In this document: positions 14,102 through 27,134 of the stretch, one piece after another | Numbering within the stretch: the stretch's first letter is position 1 | Layout of the letters: every line of letters begins with the position of its first letter | Assembly (NCBI RefSeq): GCF_035084215.1 | Contig: NW_027139401.1 | Span: 1 to 64,000, forward strand | DNA from: Heptranchias perlo | Lineage: Eukaryota | Length of the DNA stretch: 64,000 nt | Direction of reading: 5' to 3' | Made by a program: the position numbers and the translations under genes | Notes under the pieces: model-generated | Seen by the model: the letters and a program-made list of their open reading frames with translations, nothing else | What the model was told of the DNA's origin: nothing | The model's database searches: none

Positions 14102-15189
14102 CAGACCACTCTGTCTGTCTCTCTCCCTCTCTCCCTCCCGCTCTCTCTCTCTCTCTCTCCCCCTTTGTCTTTCTATCTCTCTCTCTTTCTCTTTCCCTCC
14201 ATCACCCCCTCCCCTCTTTCCACCACCCTCCCTGATTGCGACATACAGCACTTCCCTCTTGAGAGAGGGAGTGTGAGAGAGAGAGGGGGAGTGTGAGAGA
14301 GAGAGGGGGAGTGTGAGAGAGTGACAGATCACTGACTTGGCTCCCTTGTTGAGGGACAGCGTACAAACGCAGGAAATCACGTCACTGCAGACAGAGCAAG
14401 ATTAAGACACTGGGTTTTGGAAAATGTGACACAGAAGTCCTTTGATCTGCAAACTCAGCTCAAATGTGAAGGCGTCGAGTGGTGAGGGTTTGTCTGTTCC
14501 TTCCAAATATCACAGAAAGATCAGAGGGCGGAAAGACGGCATTCAAAAAAACCAGCCTCAGTCGACGTCAAAAAGGGGAGTGCTGATGCTGGGAATTGCC
14601 CCTGATCTCATGTAATTATGTGAGATGCCTGCCTTTTTGCTTCCGTATAACGTCAAAGGGATTTGTTTTCCGCGGCGAGGTTCTTTACCTGCGGGTGCGG
14701 AGTGTGCGGTTCCAGCTTCCCCGAGAGATCAGCCGGGAGCTGTGCTTGGGATGGTGCTGGTCGACTGCGGTGTGCTTCACAGCTCAGGATTGTGCGTCTC
14801 CATCTGAACGGCGAGGAACGGTGGCGCCTTTGTGGTTTCATGTGGGTTTAGAGGCCCAAATCTTGCTCTGATAGGAGTGCACGTCCGGTCCCACTTTTTT
14901 TTTTGAAGGGTGCGCTCCTCGTCATATGGTTACAGGGACCACTTACAACCCATGTGCATTTGAGGAAATATTCCAGTATGGTAACTCCCGCCCCCACCAA
15001 ATGTGATACTCATTGCTGTCTTACTCACTCATTCTTTCCCACCTTCTTCGCTCCTTCATTGGCTCCCTCACCCTCTTACTCTCAATCACTCACTTGTTCC
15101 CCCTCATTCACCCACCCATGTCCGACAATCCTTCACTCACTCTCTCACTAGATCCTTCACTGCCACACTCACTCATTCATCCATAAAGA

Positions 15190-15570
15190 CATAGGAGCAG
15201 AAGGAGGCCATTCAGCCCCTCGAGCCTGCTCCACGATTCAATGGCTGATCTTCGACCTCAACTCCACGTTCCCGCCCGATCCCCATATCCCCTCGATTCC
15301 CTTAGTGTCCAAATATCCCTCGATCTCAGTCTTGAATATAATCAACCACTGAGCATCCACAGCCCTCTGGGGGAGAGAATTCCAAAGATTCACCACCCTC
15401 TGAGTGAAGAAATTCCTCCTCAGTCCAAAATGTCCGACCCCTTATCCTGAGACTGTGACCCCTCGTTCTAGACTCTCCAACCAGGGAAAACAGTCTCTCA
15501 GCATCTACCCTCTCAAGCCCCCTCAGAATCTTATCAGTTTCAATGAGATCACCTCTCATTCTTCTAAAGG
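15190..15570 (-). mobile_element. CR1 3' end with conserved 3' tail
   Basis: MRGDLIETDKILRGLERVD..TRGHSL; tail gagcaggctcgaggggctgaatggcc. Confidence 0.88.
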
Positions 15571-15589
15571 CCTAGAGGAAACTTGACTC

Positions 15590-17090
15590 TGAAACTAACC
15601 CTGTACCTGCCCTGGGAATGTTTGATGGGACAGTGTAGAGGGAGCTTTACTCTGTATCTAACCCTGTACCTGACCCTGGGAGTGTTTGATGGGACAGTGT
15701 AGAGGGAGCTTTACTCTGTATCTAACCCTGTACCTGCCCTGGGAGTGTTTGATGGGACAGTGCAGAGGGAGCTTGACTCTGTATCTAACCCTGTACCTGC
15801 CCTGGGAGTGTTTGATGGGACAGTGTAGAGGGAGCTTTACTCTGTATCTAACCCTGTACCTGCCCTGGGAGTGTTTGATGGGACAGTGTAGAGGGAGCTT
15901 TACTCTGTATCTAACCCTGTACCTGCCCTGGGAGTGTTTGACGGGACAGTGAAGAGGGAGCTTTACTCTGTATCTAACCCTGTACCTGCCCTGGGAGTGT
16001 TTGATGGGACAGTGTAGAGGGAGCTTTACTCTGTATCCAACCCTGTACCTGCCCTGGGAGTGTTTGATGGGACAGTGTAGAGGGAGCTTTACTCTGTATC
16101 TAACCCTGTACCTGCCCTGGGAGTGTTTGATGGGACAGTGTAGAGGGAGCTTTACTCTGTATCTAAACTGTGCTGTACCTGCCCTGGGAGTGTTTGATGG
16201 GACAGTGTAGAGGGAGCTTTACTCTGTATCTAACCCTGTACCTGCCCTGGGAGTGTTTGATGGGACAGTGTAGAGGGAGCTTTACTCTGTATCCAACCCT
16301 GTACCTGCCCTGGGAGTGTTTGATGGGACAGTGTGGAGGGAGCTTTACTCTGTATCTAACCCTGTACCTGCCCTGGGAGTGTTTGATGGGACAGTGTAGA
16401 GGGAGCTTTACTCTGTATCTAACCCTGTACCTGCCCTGGGAGTGTTTGATGGGACAGTGTAGAGGGAGCTTTACTCTGTATCTAAACTGTGCTGTACCTG
16501 CCCTGGGAGTGTTTGATGGGACAGTGTAGAGGGAGCTTTACTCTGTATCTAACCCTGCACCTGCCCTGGGAGTGTTTGATGGGACAGTGCAGAGGGAGCT
16601 TTACTCTGTATCTAATCCTGTACCTGCCCTGGGAGTGTTTGATGGGACAGTGTAGAGGGAGCTTTACTCTGTATCCAACCCTGTACCTGCCCTGGGAGTG
16701 TTTGATGGGACAGTGTAGAGGGAGCTTTACTCTGTATCTAACCCTGTACCTGCCCTGGGAGTGTTTGATGGGACAGTGTAGAGGGAGCTTTACTCTGTAT
16801 CTAACCCTGTACCTGCCCTGGGAGTGTTTGATGGGACAGTGTAGAGGGAGCTTTACTCTGTATCTAACCCTGTACCTGACCCTGGGAGTGTTTGATGGGA
16901 CAGTGTAGATGGAGCTTTACTCTGTATCTAACCCTGTACCTGCCCTGGGAGTGTTTGATGGGACAGTGTAGAGGGAGCTTTACTCTGTATCTAACCCTGT
17001 ACCTGACCCTGGGAGTGTTTGACGGGACAGTGTGGAGGGAGCTTTACTCTGTATCTAACCCTGTACCTGCCCTGGGAGTGTTTGATGGGA
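15590..17090 (+). repeat. 63-bp minisatellite, about 24 homogeneous copies
   Basis: Unit ctaaccctgtacctgccctgggagtgtttgatgggacagtgtagagggagctttactctgtat. Confidence 0.97.
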
Positions 17091-17584
17091 TTCACTCACT
17101 CTTTGACATTTTCACTCAGTGACTTCCTCAGCCCGCAATTTCCCTCACTGCCTTCTTCCCTCACTGCCTCCTTCCCTCGCTCCCTCCCCACTCCCACCCT
17201 CTCTCACTTGCCCCTTTCTTGCTCTCCCTCCCTCTGCACTCCCTCCATAACTCTCTAACTCCCTTTCTCTGTCCAAATCACCTATTTATTTGCTCCCTCC
17301 CTCCCTCATTCTCTCACTCACCCATTCACTGTCTCATTCACTCTCTCACTCATTCCCTTCTTCCCTTATAACCCTAACTGAACCCCCCTCCCCATTCCCT
17401 TTTCTCTTCCTGAATCTCAGGATCGAGGGGCCGATTGGCCTACTCCTGTTCCTATTTCTTATGATCTGCGGGAGAACAAACCAGTCTCTATCTGCTCAGT
17501 TTGTTTTCTCTCTCCTCTGTCAGAGGCTATTAACACCTTCTAATCTGATTCCTTTTTTGGCACAAATTCAAATTGAAACACAAA

Positions 17585-19755
17585 TTTGGCCACAACTGGA
17601 GTCTTGTGTCCAGTTCTGGGCACCGCACTTTAGGAAAGATGTGAAGGTCTTAGAGGGAGTGCAGAACAGATTTACGAGAATGGTTCCAGGGATGAGGGAC
17701 CTCAGTTACGGGGAAAGACTGGAGAAGCTGGGGTTGCTCTCCTTGGAACAGAGAAGGTTAAGAGGAGATTTGATTTTTTTTTATTCGTTCATGGGATGTG
17801 GGCGTCGCTGGCGAGACCGGCATTTATTGCCCATCCCTGATTGCCCCTTGAGAAGGGGGTGATGAGCCGCCTTCTTGAACCGCTGCAGTCCGTGTGGTGA
17901 CGGTTCTCCCACAGTGCTGTTCAGGAGTTCCAGGATTTTGACCCAGCGACGATGAAGGAACGGCGATATATTTCCAAGTCGGGATGGTGTGTGACTTGGA
18001 GGGGAACGTGCAGGTGGTGTTGTTCCCATGTACCTGCTGCCCTTGTCCTTCTAGGTGGTAGAGGTCGCGGGTTTGGGAGGTGCTGTCGAAGAAGCCTTGG
18101 CGAGTTGCTGCAGTGCATCCTGTGCATGGTGCACACTGCAGCCACGGTGCGCCAGTGGTGAAGGGAGTGAATGTTTAGGGTGGTGGATGGGGTGCCAATC
18201 AAGCGGGCTGCTTTGTCCTGGATGGTGTCGAGCTTCTTGAGTGTTGTTGGAGCTGCACTCATCGAAGCAAGTGGAGAGTATTCCATCACACTCCTGACTT
18301 GTGCCTTGTAGATGGTGGAAAGGCTTTGGGGAGTCAGGAGGTGAGTCACTCGCTGCAGAATACCCAGCATCTGACCTGCTCTTGTAGCCACAGTATTTAT
18401 ATGGTTGGTCCAGTTAAGTTTCTGGTCAATGGTGACCCCCAGGATGTTGATGGTGGGGGATTCGGTGATGGTAATGCCGTTGAATATCAAGGGGAGGTGG
18501 TTAGACTCTCTCTTGTTGGCGATGGTCATTGCCTGGCACTTGTCTGGCGAGAATGTTACTTGCCACTTATGAGCCCAAGCCTGGATGTTGTCCAGGTCTT
18601 GCTGCATGCGGGCTCGGACTGCTTCATTATCTGAGGGGTTGCGAATGGAACTGAACACTGTGCAATCATCAGCGAACATCCCCATTTCTGACCTTATGAT
18701 GGAGGGAAGGTCATTGATGAAGCAGCTGAAGATGGTTGGGCTTAGGACACTGCCCTGAGGAACTCCTGCAGCAATGCCCTGGGGCTGAGATGATTGGCCT
18801 CCAACAACCACTACCATCTTCCTTTGTGCTAGGTATGACTCCAGCCACCGGAGAGTTTTCCCCCTGATTCCCATTGACTTCAATTTTACTCGGGCTCCTT
18901 GGTGCCACACTCGGTCAAATGCTGCCTTGATATCAAGGGCAGTCACTCTCACCTCACCTCTGGAATTCAGCTCTTTTGTCCATGTTTGGACCAAGGCTGT
19001 AATGAGGTCCAGAGCTGAATGGTCCTGGCGGAACCCAAACTGAGCATCGGGGAGCAGGTTATTGGTGAGTAAGTGCCACTTGATAGCACTGTCGACGACA
19101 CCTTCCATCACTTTGCTGATGATTGAGAGTGGACTGATGGGGCGGTAATTGGCCGGATTGGATTTGTCCTGCTTTTTGTGGACAGGACATACCTGGGCAA
19201 TTTTCCACATTGTCGGGTAGATGCCAGTGTTGTAGCTGTACTGGAACAGTTTGGCTGGAGGCGCGGCTAGTTCTGGAGCACAAGACTTCAGCACTACAGC
19301 CGGGATGTTGTCGGGGCCCATCGCCTTTGCTGTATCCAGTGCACTCAGCCGTTTCTTGATATCACCTGTGATTTCAGGATAGAAGTGTCCAAAATCATGA
19401 TGGCTTTGGATAAAGCAAACAAAGAGAAAGTGTTCCCATTGGCGGAAGGGTCGGGAAGCAGAGGACGCAGAGTTAAGGGGACTGGCAAAAGAACCAAAGG
19501 CGACAGGGGAAAATCTTTTTTACGCAGCGAGTGGTTAGGATCTGGAATACGTTGCCTGAAAGGGAGGTGGAGGCAGATTCAATCGTGGCTTTCGAAAGGG
19601 AGTTGGATAAATACCTGAAGGGAAAAAATTGGCAGAGCTACGGGGAAAGGGCGGGGGTCGGGGGGGGAGTGGGACCAGTTGCGTGGAGCCGGCACGGTGC
19701 TCGATGGGCCAAATGGCCTCCTTCTATGTTGGAACCACTCTACGATTCTCTGAAA
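17585..19755 (+). mobile_element. CR1 3' fragment split by a nested family-B insertion (CR1 parts about 17585-17773 and 19378-19755)
   Basis: [24 protein letters not shown] stops at 17773 and resumes as IEVSKIMMALDK at 19379. Confidence 0.88.
17774..19364 (-). mobile_element. Family-B LINE copy 2
   Basis: 466-aa RT ORF near-identical to copy 1; poly(T) on + at 17775-17782. Confidence 0.95.
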
Positions 19756-20137
19756 GCCTTTCAGACAGTTTTATTGAGAGGGAGCAGAAAGACACGGAAC
19801 GATAATGAGGAACGTCAGATCCTGAAATGAAGATTCAATCGTCTGATTTTCCCGCGACCCTTGAACTCGGACAACGGTCAGTCATAAACAAAAGGATAAT
19901 GTTTCATGGTTTAAACAATTCGCACAAGCAAATCAAGCAACACATACAACACTCTCTACCCGTAATGCACTTATCTCTTCCCGAGGATCTCTGGTTATTT
20001 CAGCACCGTTTCTCCAAGTACATTGTCTTGTGAACCAAAGGCCCTCTTCGAACCGTCCTGAAGATGCTTCAGAACTCTTCTGGGCAAAGTTCCTTTCAAA
20101 CTTGTCTTCTGTCGTTGAGGTGCTCGGAGCTCAACGG

Positions 20138-20804
20138 GGGTCACTCGCGCCTCTGAGTTCGAAGGTCGTGGGTGAAAATCCCGCTCCCGAGACTTGAGCA
20201 CAAAGTCGAGGGAGTGCTGCACTGTTGGAGGGTCGGTACTGAGGGAGTGCTGCACTGTCGGAGGGTCAGTACTGAGGGAGTGCCGCACTGTTGGAGGGTC
20301 AGTTCTGAGGGAGCGCCGCACTGTCGGAGGGTTGGTACTGAGGGAGCGCCGCACTGTCGGAGGGTTGGTACTGAGGGAGCGCCGCACTGTCGGAGGGTCA
20401 GTACTGAGGGAGCGCCACACTGTCGGAGGGTTGGTACTGAGGGAGTGCTGCACTGTCGGAGGGTCAGTACTGAGGGAGCGCTGCACTGTCGGAGGTGCCC
20501 TCTTTCAGATGAGACTTTAAACCGAGGGCCCCGTCTGCCCCTCTCAGGTGGATGCAAAAGATCCCACGGCCACTATTGGATGAAGAGCAGGGGGGAGTTC
20601 TCCCCGGGGTCCTGGGCCCCGATATTTATCCCTCGAACAACATCACTAAAAAAACAGATGATCTGGGTCATTTATCACGGTGCTGTTTGTGGGATCTTGC
20701 TGTGCACAAGTTGGCTGCCGTGTTTCCCACATTACAACAGTGAGCGCACTTCGAAACGTACTCGATTGGCCGAAAAGCGCGTTGGGACTTCCTGAGGTGG
20801 TGAA
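20138..20804 (+). mobile_element. DeuSINE/SacSINE1-like SINE with an internal 33-bp tandem expansion (about 20208-20490)
   Basis: tRNA-like head, then cactgtcggaggtgcc..tttcagatgagac..taaaccgagg..aaaagatccca..tatttatccctc..tgctgtttgtgggatcttgctgtgc, recognised from memory as the Deu domain. Confidence 0.8.
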
Positions 20805-21503
20805 NNNNNNNNNNNNNNNNNNNNNNNNNNNNNNNNNNNNNNNNNNNNNNNNNNNNNNNNNNNNNNNNNNNNNNNNNNNNNNNNNNNNNNNNNNNNNNNN
20901 NNNNNNNNNNNNNNNNNNNNNNNNNNNNNNNNNNNNNCTCTATGCACTGGTACATTTGCAGTTTCCAAACAAAACGCACAAACAGAAGAACATGAGAAAT
21001 AGGAGCAGGAGGAGGCCATTCGGCCCCTCGAGCCTGCTCCGCCATTCAATAAGATCATGGCGGATCTGATCCTCACCTCAAATCTCAAGAACACAAGCAG
21101 TCGGAGCAGGACCCGGCCACTCAGCCCCTTTAGACTTTGCAATGCCCGAGGTGTGAGGGTCTTAACCCCTTACACGACAAGGCTGCGTTAAATTCTCCAG
21201 CTCTGCACAATGAGCTGAATCAGTGTTCCCTGATAGCAAGCTGATGCTGGTGTGGGTTAACCGGCCGGTGGGGAATTACAGCAAAATGCAAAGATCAGAT
21301 CGAGAAAATAAAACTCCCTTTTACTCTGTTATTCCACATTTCCCGTCACAGCTTCCAGAATCTTTTAATATCCGGTTAAAATCCGTCTTCATTCACCGTT
21401 CGCTTTCAATCGGGCGGGAATAAATTCCCATTTTTGTAACGGGACAGATTCCAGCTCAATCTTTGTAAAAGTAACAAACCCCAGATTGCGGATTGATCCC
21501 TGT

Positions 21504-21620
21504 TCACAGGAGCTGCTGCGGGATCGAAACCGGAGCCGAGACTCCTGGTGCAAGAAGTGGAACAGTGAGAGAGAGCCTTTTGACTGTTCTGTACTCGGTG
21601 TGAACACCCTTTAGGGATTG
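21504..21620 (-). CDS. Possible alternative terminal exon of gene A (QSLKGVHTEYRTVKRLSLTVPLLAPGVSAPVSIPQQLL*)
   Basis: Long pyrimidine tract at about 21650-21685, tandem aag/cag acceptor, phase 0, contains TEYRTV; no transcript evidence. Confidence 0.35.
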   Translation of the reverse strand, partial: QSLKGVHTEYRTVKRLSLTVPLLAPGVSAPVSIPQQLL

Positions 21621-21919
21621 CTGCTTTACAAAGTGAGATTCCCGAATAATGAACAAACAAAGGTGAAAAGGAGAAAGAAATGACTGAAGTCTAATCCCCC
21701 GCCTTAAAACGGCTCTGACGGGGCAGATGCGGGGGAAGGGGTGGAATATGAGCGGGAATGAGAGGATCAGGGACACGTTTTTGGTTATTGGGACGAAATA
21801 AAAAAGCGACACACAGATTATAGCGGGCAGTGAATACGAGAATCTTCCAGATTTCAAGAGAAATTACAAAAGCACAAGAACATCGGAACAGGAGTTTTTT
21901 TTTAAAAATCTGTACTCAG

Positions 21920-22243
21920 GAGCTTTATCCCTTCGTTGAGGGTTGTATAACAAGGGGGCATAGATTCAAGGTAAAAGGCGGGAGGTTTAGAGGGGATTTG
22001 AGAAAGAACTTTTTCACCCAGAGGGTGGTTGGAGTCTGGAACTCACTGCCTGAGAGGGTTGTGGAGGCAGGAACCCTCACAACATTCAAGAAGCATTTGG
22101 ATGAGCACATGAAATGCCATAGCATACAAGGCTACGGACCAAATGCTGGAATATGGGATTAGATTAGACTGGGCTTGATGGCCGGCGCGGACACGATGGG
22201 CCGAAGGGCCTCTATCCGTGCTGTATAACTCTATGACTCTATG
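21920..22243 (+). mobile_element. CR1 3' end, same subfamily as 34328-36183
   Basis: Near-identical to 35865-36183, including the ctctatga tail. Confidence 0.92.
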
Positions 22244-22456
22244 GTATTAAGCTGAACGGACGGTGGTAAATTGAGTTTGAAGGACGACGGATATTAAGGT
22301 CGGGTATCTGTCTCAGTTTGTTCTCGGCCACTGTCGGGGGGGTGTGGGGGGAGGTGTTTCTCCCCATGACTGTCCGGCCCAGACGTCTCTCACTTCCCCG
22401 GGCGTCTGCATTCTTTGTCCGCCTCATGCCTTGCCCGGCCGAATCCTGGGTCCGTT

Positions 22457-22525
22457 TCACGTTCTGCCCGAGCGTTGTACCTCTGCGTAGATGGTGCGCG
22501 GGCTTTCCGGATCCTCGCTGTTAAC
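22457..22525 (-). CDS. Gene A exon 6 (terminal coding): VNSEDPESPRTIYAEVQRSGRT*, with ITSM TIYAEV
   Basis: T10-containing polypyrimidine tract then cgcag|, phase 0 matching exon 5; TIYAEV fits ITSM TxYxxV/I; TGA at 22459-22457. Confidence 0.85.
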   Translation of the reverse strand, partial: VNSEDPESPRTIYAEVQRSGRT

Positions 22526-22642
22526 CTGCGATGGCTCGGGACGGGAAGGGAAAAAAAAAAAGACACACTCAGGAATGTTCTCAACTTCGGCGTCCGATTG
22601 CAGCCACATCTCTGCTCCATCACCAAGACTGCCTGCTTCCAC

Positions 22643-24340
22643 CTTTTTGTTTTATGCGTTCATGGGATGTGGGCGTCGCTGGCGAGGCCGGCATTTATTG
22701 CCCATCCCTGATTGCCCCTCGAGAAGGTGGTGGTGAGCCGCCTTCTTGAACCGCTGCAGTCCGTGTGGTGAAGGTTCTCCCACAGTGCTGTTAGGAAGGG
22801 AGTTCCAGGATTTTGACCCAGCGACAATGAAGGAACGGCGATATATTTCCAAGTCGGGATGGTGTGTGACTTGGAGGGGAACGTGCAGGTGGTGTTGTTC
22901 CCATGTGCCTGCTGCCCTTGTCCTAGGTGGTAGAGGTCGCGGGTTTGGGAGGTGCTGTCGAAGAAGCCTTGGCGAGTTGCTGCAGTGCATCCTGTGGATG
23001 GTGCACACTGCAGACACCGTGCGCCAGTGGTGAAGGGAGTGAATGTTTAGGGTGGTGGATGGGGTGCCAATCAAGCGGGCTGCTTTGTCCTGGATGGTGT
23101 CGAGCTTCTTGAGTGTTGTTGGAGCTGCACTCATCCAGGCAAGTGGAGAGTATTCCATCACACTCCTGACTTGTGCCTTGTAGATGGTGGAAAGGCTTTG
23201 GGGAGTCAGGAGGTGAGTCACTCGCCGCAGAATACCCAGCCTCTGACATGTTCTTGTACCACAGTATTTATATGGTTGGTCCAGTTAAGTTTCTGGTCAA
23301 TGGTGACCCCCAGGATGTTGATGGTGGGGGATTCAGCGATGGTAATGCCGTTGAATGTCAAGGGGAGGTGGTTAGACTCTCTCTTGTTGGAGATGGTCAT
23401 TGCCTGGCACTTGTCTGGCGCGAATGTTACTTGCCACTTATGAGCCCAAGCCTGGATGTTGTCCAGGTCTTGCTGCATGCGGGCTCGGACTGCTTCATTA
23501 TTTGAGGGGTTGCGAATGGAACTGAACACTGTGCAATCATCAGCGAACATCCCCATTTCTGACCTTATGATGGAGGGAAGGTCATTGATGAAGCAGCTGA
23601 AGATGGTTGGGCCTAGGACACTGCCCTGAGGAACTCCTGCAACAATGTCCTGGGGCTGAGATGATTGGCCTCCAACAACCACTACCATCTTCCTTTGTGC
23701 TCGGTATGACTCCAGCCACTGGAGAGTTTTCCCCCTGATTCCCATTGACTTCAATTTTACGAGGGCTCCTTGGTGCCACACTCGGTCAAATGCTGCCTTG
23801 ATGTCAAGGGCAGTCACTCTCACCTCACCTCTGAAATTCAGCTCTTTTGTCCATGTTTGGACCAAGGCTGTAATGAGGTCTGGGGCCGAGTGGTCCTGGC
23901 GGAACCCAAACTGAGCATCGGTGAGCAGGTTATTGGTGAGTAAGTGCCGCTTGATAGCACTGTCGACAACACCTTCCATCACTTTGCTGATGATTGAGAG
24001 TCGACTGATGGAGCGGTAATTGGCCGGATTGGATTTGTCCTGCTTTTTGTGGACAGGACATACCTGGGCAATTTTCCACATTGTCGGGTGGATGCCAGTG
24101 TTGTCGCTGAACTGGAACAGCTTGGCTAGAGGCGCGGCTAGTTCTGGAGCACAAGACTTCAGCACTACAGCCAGGATGTTGTTGGGGCCCATAGCCTTTG
24201 CTGTATCCAGTGCACTCAGCCGTTTCTTGATATCACGTGGAGTGAATCGAATTGGCTGAAGACTGGCTTCTGTGATGGTGGGGATATCGGGAGGAGGCCG
24301 AGATGGATCATCCAATCGGCAAATCTGGCTGAAGATGGTT
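22643..24340 (-). mobile_element. Family-B LINE copy 3 (frameshifted)
   Basis: RT split over ORFs 23218-24315 and 22652-23221; degenerate poly(A) at about 22643-22654. Confidence 0.95.
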
Positions 24341-27087
24341 ATAGAATAGAATCATAGAAGTTTACAACATGGAAACAGGCCCTTCGGCCCAACATGTCCA
24401 TGTCGCCCAGTTTATACCACTGAGCTAGTCCCAATTGCCTGCACTTGGCCCATATCCCTCTATACCCATCTTACCCATGTAACTGTCCAAATGCTTTTAA
24501 AAGACAAAATTGTACCCGCCTCTACTACTGCCTCTGGCAGCTCGTTCCAGACACTCACCACCCTTTGAGTGAAAAAATTGCCCCTCTGGACCCTTTTGTA
24601 TCTCTCCCCTCTCACCTTAAATCTATGCCCCCTCGTTATAGACTCCCCTACCTTTGGGAAAAGATTTTGACTATCTACCTTATCTATGCCCCTCATTATT
24701 TTATAGACTTCTATAAGATCACCCCTTAACCTCCTACTCTCCAGGGAAAAAAGTCTCAGTCCATCCAACCTCTCCCTATAAGTCAAACCATCAAGTCCCG
24801 GTAGCATCCTAGTAAATCTTTTCTGCACTCTTTCTAGTTTAATAATATCCTTTCTATAATAGGGTGACCAGAACTGTACACAGTATTCCAAGTGTGGCCT
24901 TACTAATGTCTTGTACAACTTCAACAAGACATCCCAACTCCTGCATTCAATGTTCTGACCAATGAAACCAAGCATGCCGAATGCCTTCTTCACCACCCTA
25001 TCCACCTGTGACTCCACTTTCAAGGAGCTATGAATCTGTACTCCTAGATCTCTTTGTTCTATAACTCTCCCCAACGCCCTACCATTAACGGAGTAGGTCC
25101 TGGCCCGATTCGATCTCCCAAAATGCATCACCTCACATTTATCCAAATTAAACTCCATCTGCCATTCATCGGCCCACTGGCCCAATTTATCAAGATCCCG
25201 TTGCAATCCTAGATAACCTTCTTCACTGTCCACAATGCCACCAATCTTGGTGTCATCTGCAAACTTACTAACCATGCCTCCTAAATTCTCATCCAAATCA
25301 TTAATATAAATAACAAATAACAGCGGACCCAGCACCGATCCCTGAGGCACACCGCTGGTCACAGGCCTCCAGTTTGAAAAACCACCCTCTACAACCACCC
25401 TCTGTCTTCTGTCGTCAATCCAATTTTGTATCCAATTGGCTACCTCACCTTGGATCCCGTGAGATTTAACTTTATGTAACAACCTACCATGCGGCACCTT
25501 GTCAAAGGCTTTGCTAAAGTCCATGTAGACCACGTCTACTGCACAGCCCTCATCTATCTTCTTGGTTACCCCTTCAAAAAACTCAATCAAATTCGTGAGA
25601 CATGATTGTCCTCTCACAAAACCATGCTGACTGTTCCTAATCAGTCCCTGCCTCTCCAAATGCCTGTAGATCCTGTCTCTCAGAATACCCTCTAACAACT
25701 TACCCACTACAGATGTCAGGCTCACCGGTCTGTAGTTCCCAGGCTTTTCCCTGCCGCCCTTCTTAAACAAAGGCACAACATTTGCTACCCTCCAATCTTC
25801 AGGCACCTCACCTGTAGCGGTGGATGATTCAAATATCTCTGCTAGGGGACCCGCAATTTCCTTCCTAACCTCCCATAACGTCCTGGGATACATTTCATCA
25901 GGTCCCGGAGATTTATCTACCTTGATGCGCGTTAAGACTTCCAGCACCTCCCCCTCTGTAATATGTACACTCTTCAAGACATCACTATTTATTTCCCCAA
26001 GTTCCCTAACATCCATGCCTTTCTCAACCGTAAATACCGATGTGAAATGTTCATTCAGGATCTCACCCATCTCTTGTGGTTCTGCACATAGATGACCTTG
26101 TTGATCCTTAAGTGGCCCTACTCTCTCCCTAGTTACTCTTTTGCCCTTTATGTATTTGTAGAAGCTCTTTGGATTCTCCTTTGCCTTATCTGCCAAAGCA
26201 ATCTCATGAACCCTTCTTGCCCTCCTGATTTCTCTCTTAACTCTACTCCGGCAATCTCTATACTCTTCAAGGGATCCACTTGATCCCAGCTGCCTATGCA
26301 TGTCATATGCCTCCTTCTTCTTTTTGACTCGGGCCTCAATCTCCCGAGTCATCCAAGGTTCCCTACTTCTACCAGCCTTGCCCTTCACTTTAGAAGGAAT
26401 GTGCTTACCCTGAACCCTGGTTAACACACTTTTGAAAGCCTCCCACTTCCAGACGTCCCTTTGCCTGCCAACAGACTCTCCCAATCAACTTCTGAAAGTT
26501 TCTGTCTAATACCATCAAAATTGGCCTTTCCCCAATTTAGAATTTTAACTTTTGGGCCAGACCTATCCTTCTCCATAGCTATCTTAAAACTAATGGAATT
26601 ATGATCACTGGTCCCAAAGTGATCCCTCACCAACACTTCTGTCACCTGCCCTTCCTTATTTCCCAAGAGGAGGTCAAGTTTTGCCCCCTCTCGAGTCGGG
26701 CCATCCACATACTGAATGAGAAATTCCTCCTGAATACACTCAACAAATTTCTCTCCATCCAAGCCCCTAATGCTATGGCTGTCCCAGTCAATGTTGGGAA
26801 AGTTAAAGTCCCCTACTATTACCACCCTATTTTTCTTGCAGCTGTCTGTAATCTCCTTACATATTTGCTCCTCAATTTCCCGTTGACTATTTGGGGGTCT
26901 GTAGTACAATCCTATCAAAGTGATCTCTCCCTTCTTATTTTTCAGTTCTACCCATATAGATTCAGTGGGCGAACCCTCGGATATATCCTCTCTCAGTACT
27001 GCCGTGATGTTCTCCCTAATCAAGAACGCAACTCCCCCTCCTCTCTTACCTCCTGCTCTATCTTTCCTGTAGCATCTGCACCCTGGA
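24341..27087 (-). mobile_element. Long CR1 copy: partial APE endonuclease and RT, frameshifted
   Basis: YRPP, GDFN, LDLLL, SDH endonuclease motifs (26421-27023); 674-aa RT ORF with FADD; ttctatga tail at 24341-24360. Confidence 0.95.
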
Positions 27088-27134
27088 CTTGTGACGTTTC
27101 ACTACGTTAAAAGGCACTGGATAAATGCAGATTA

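Noticed and set aside
19960-20080. Additional cytoplasmic exon after a cag acceptor
   Set aside because: Poor pyrimidine tract, no motif, and downstream of the stop-containing exons
3724-20937. ORFs spanning N blocks (3878-4486, 11732-11910, 11964-12114, 20805-20937)
   Set aside because: Open only because of Ns and CT/GA low complexity; hidden content cannot be assessed
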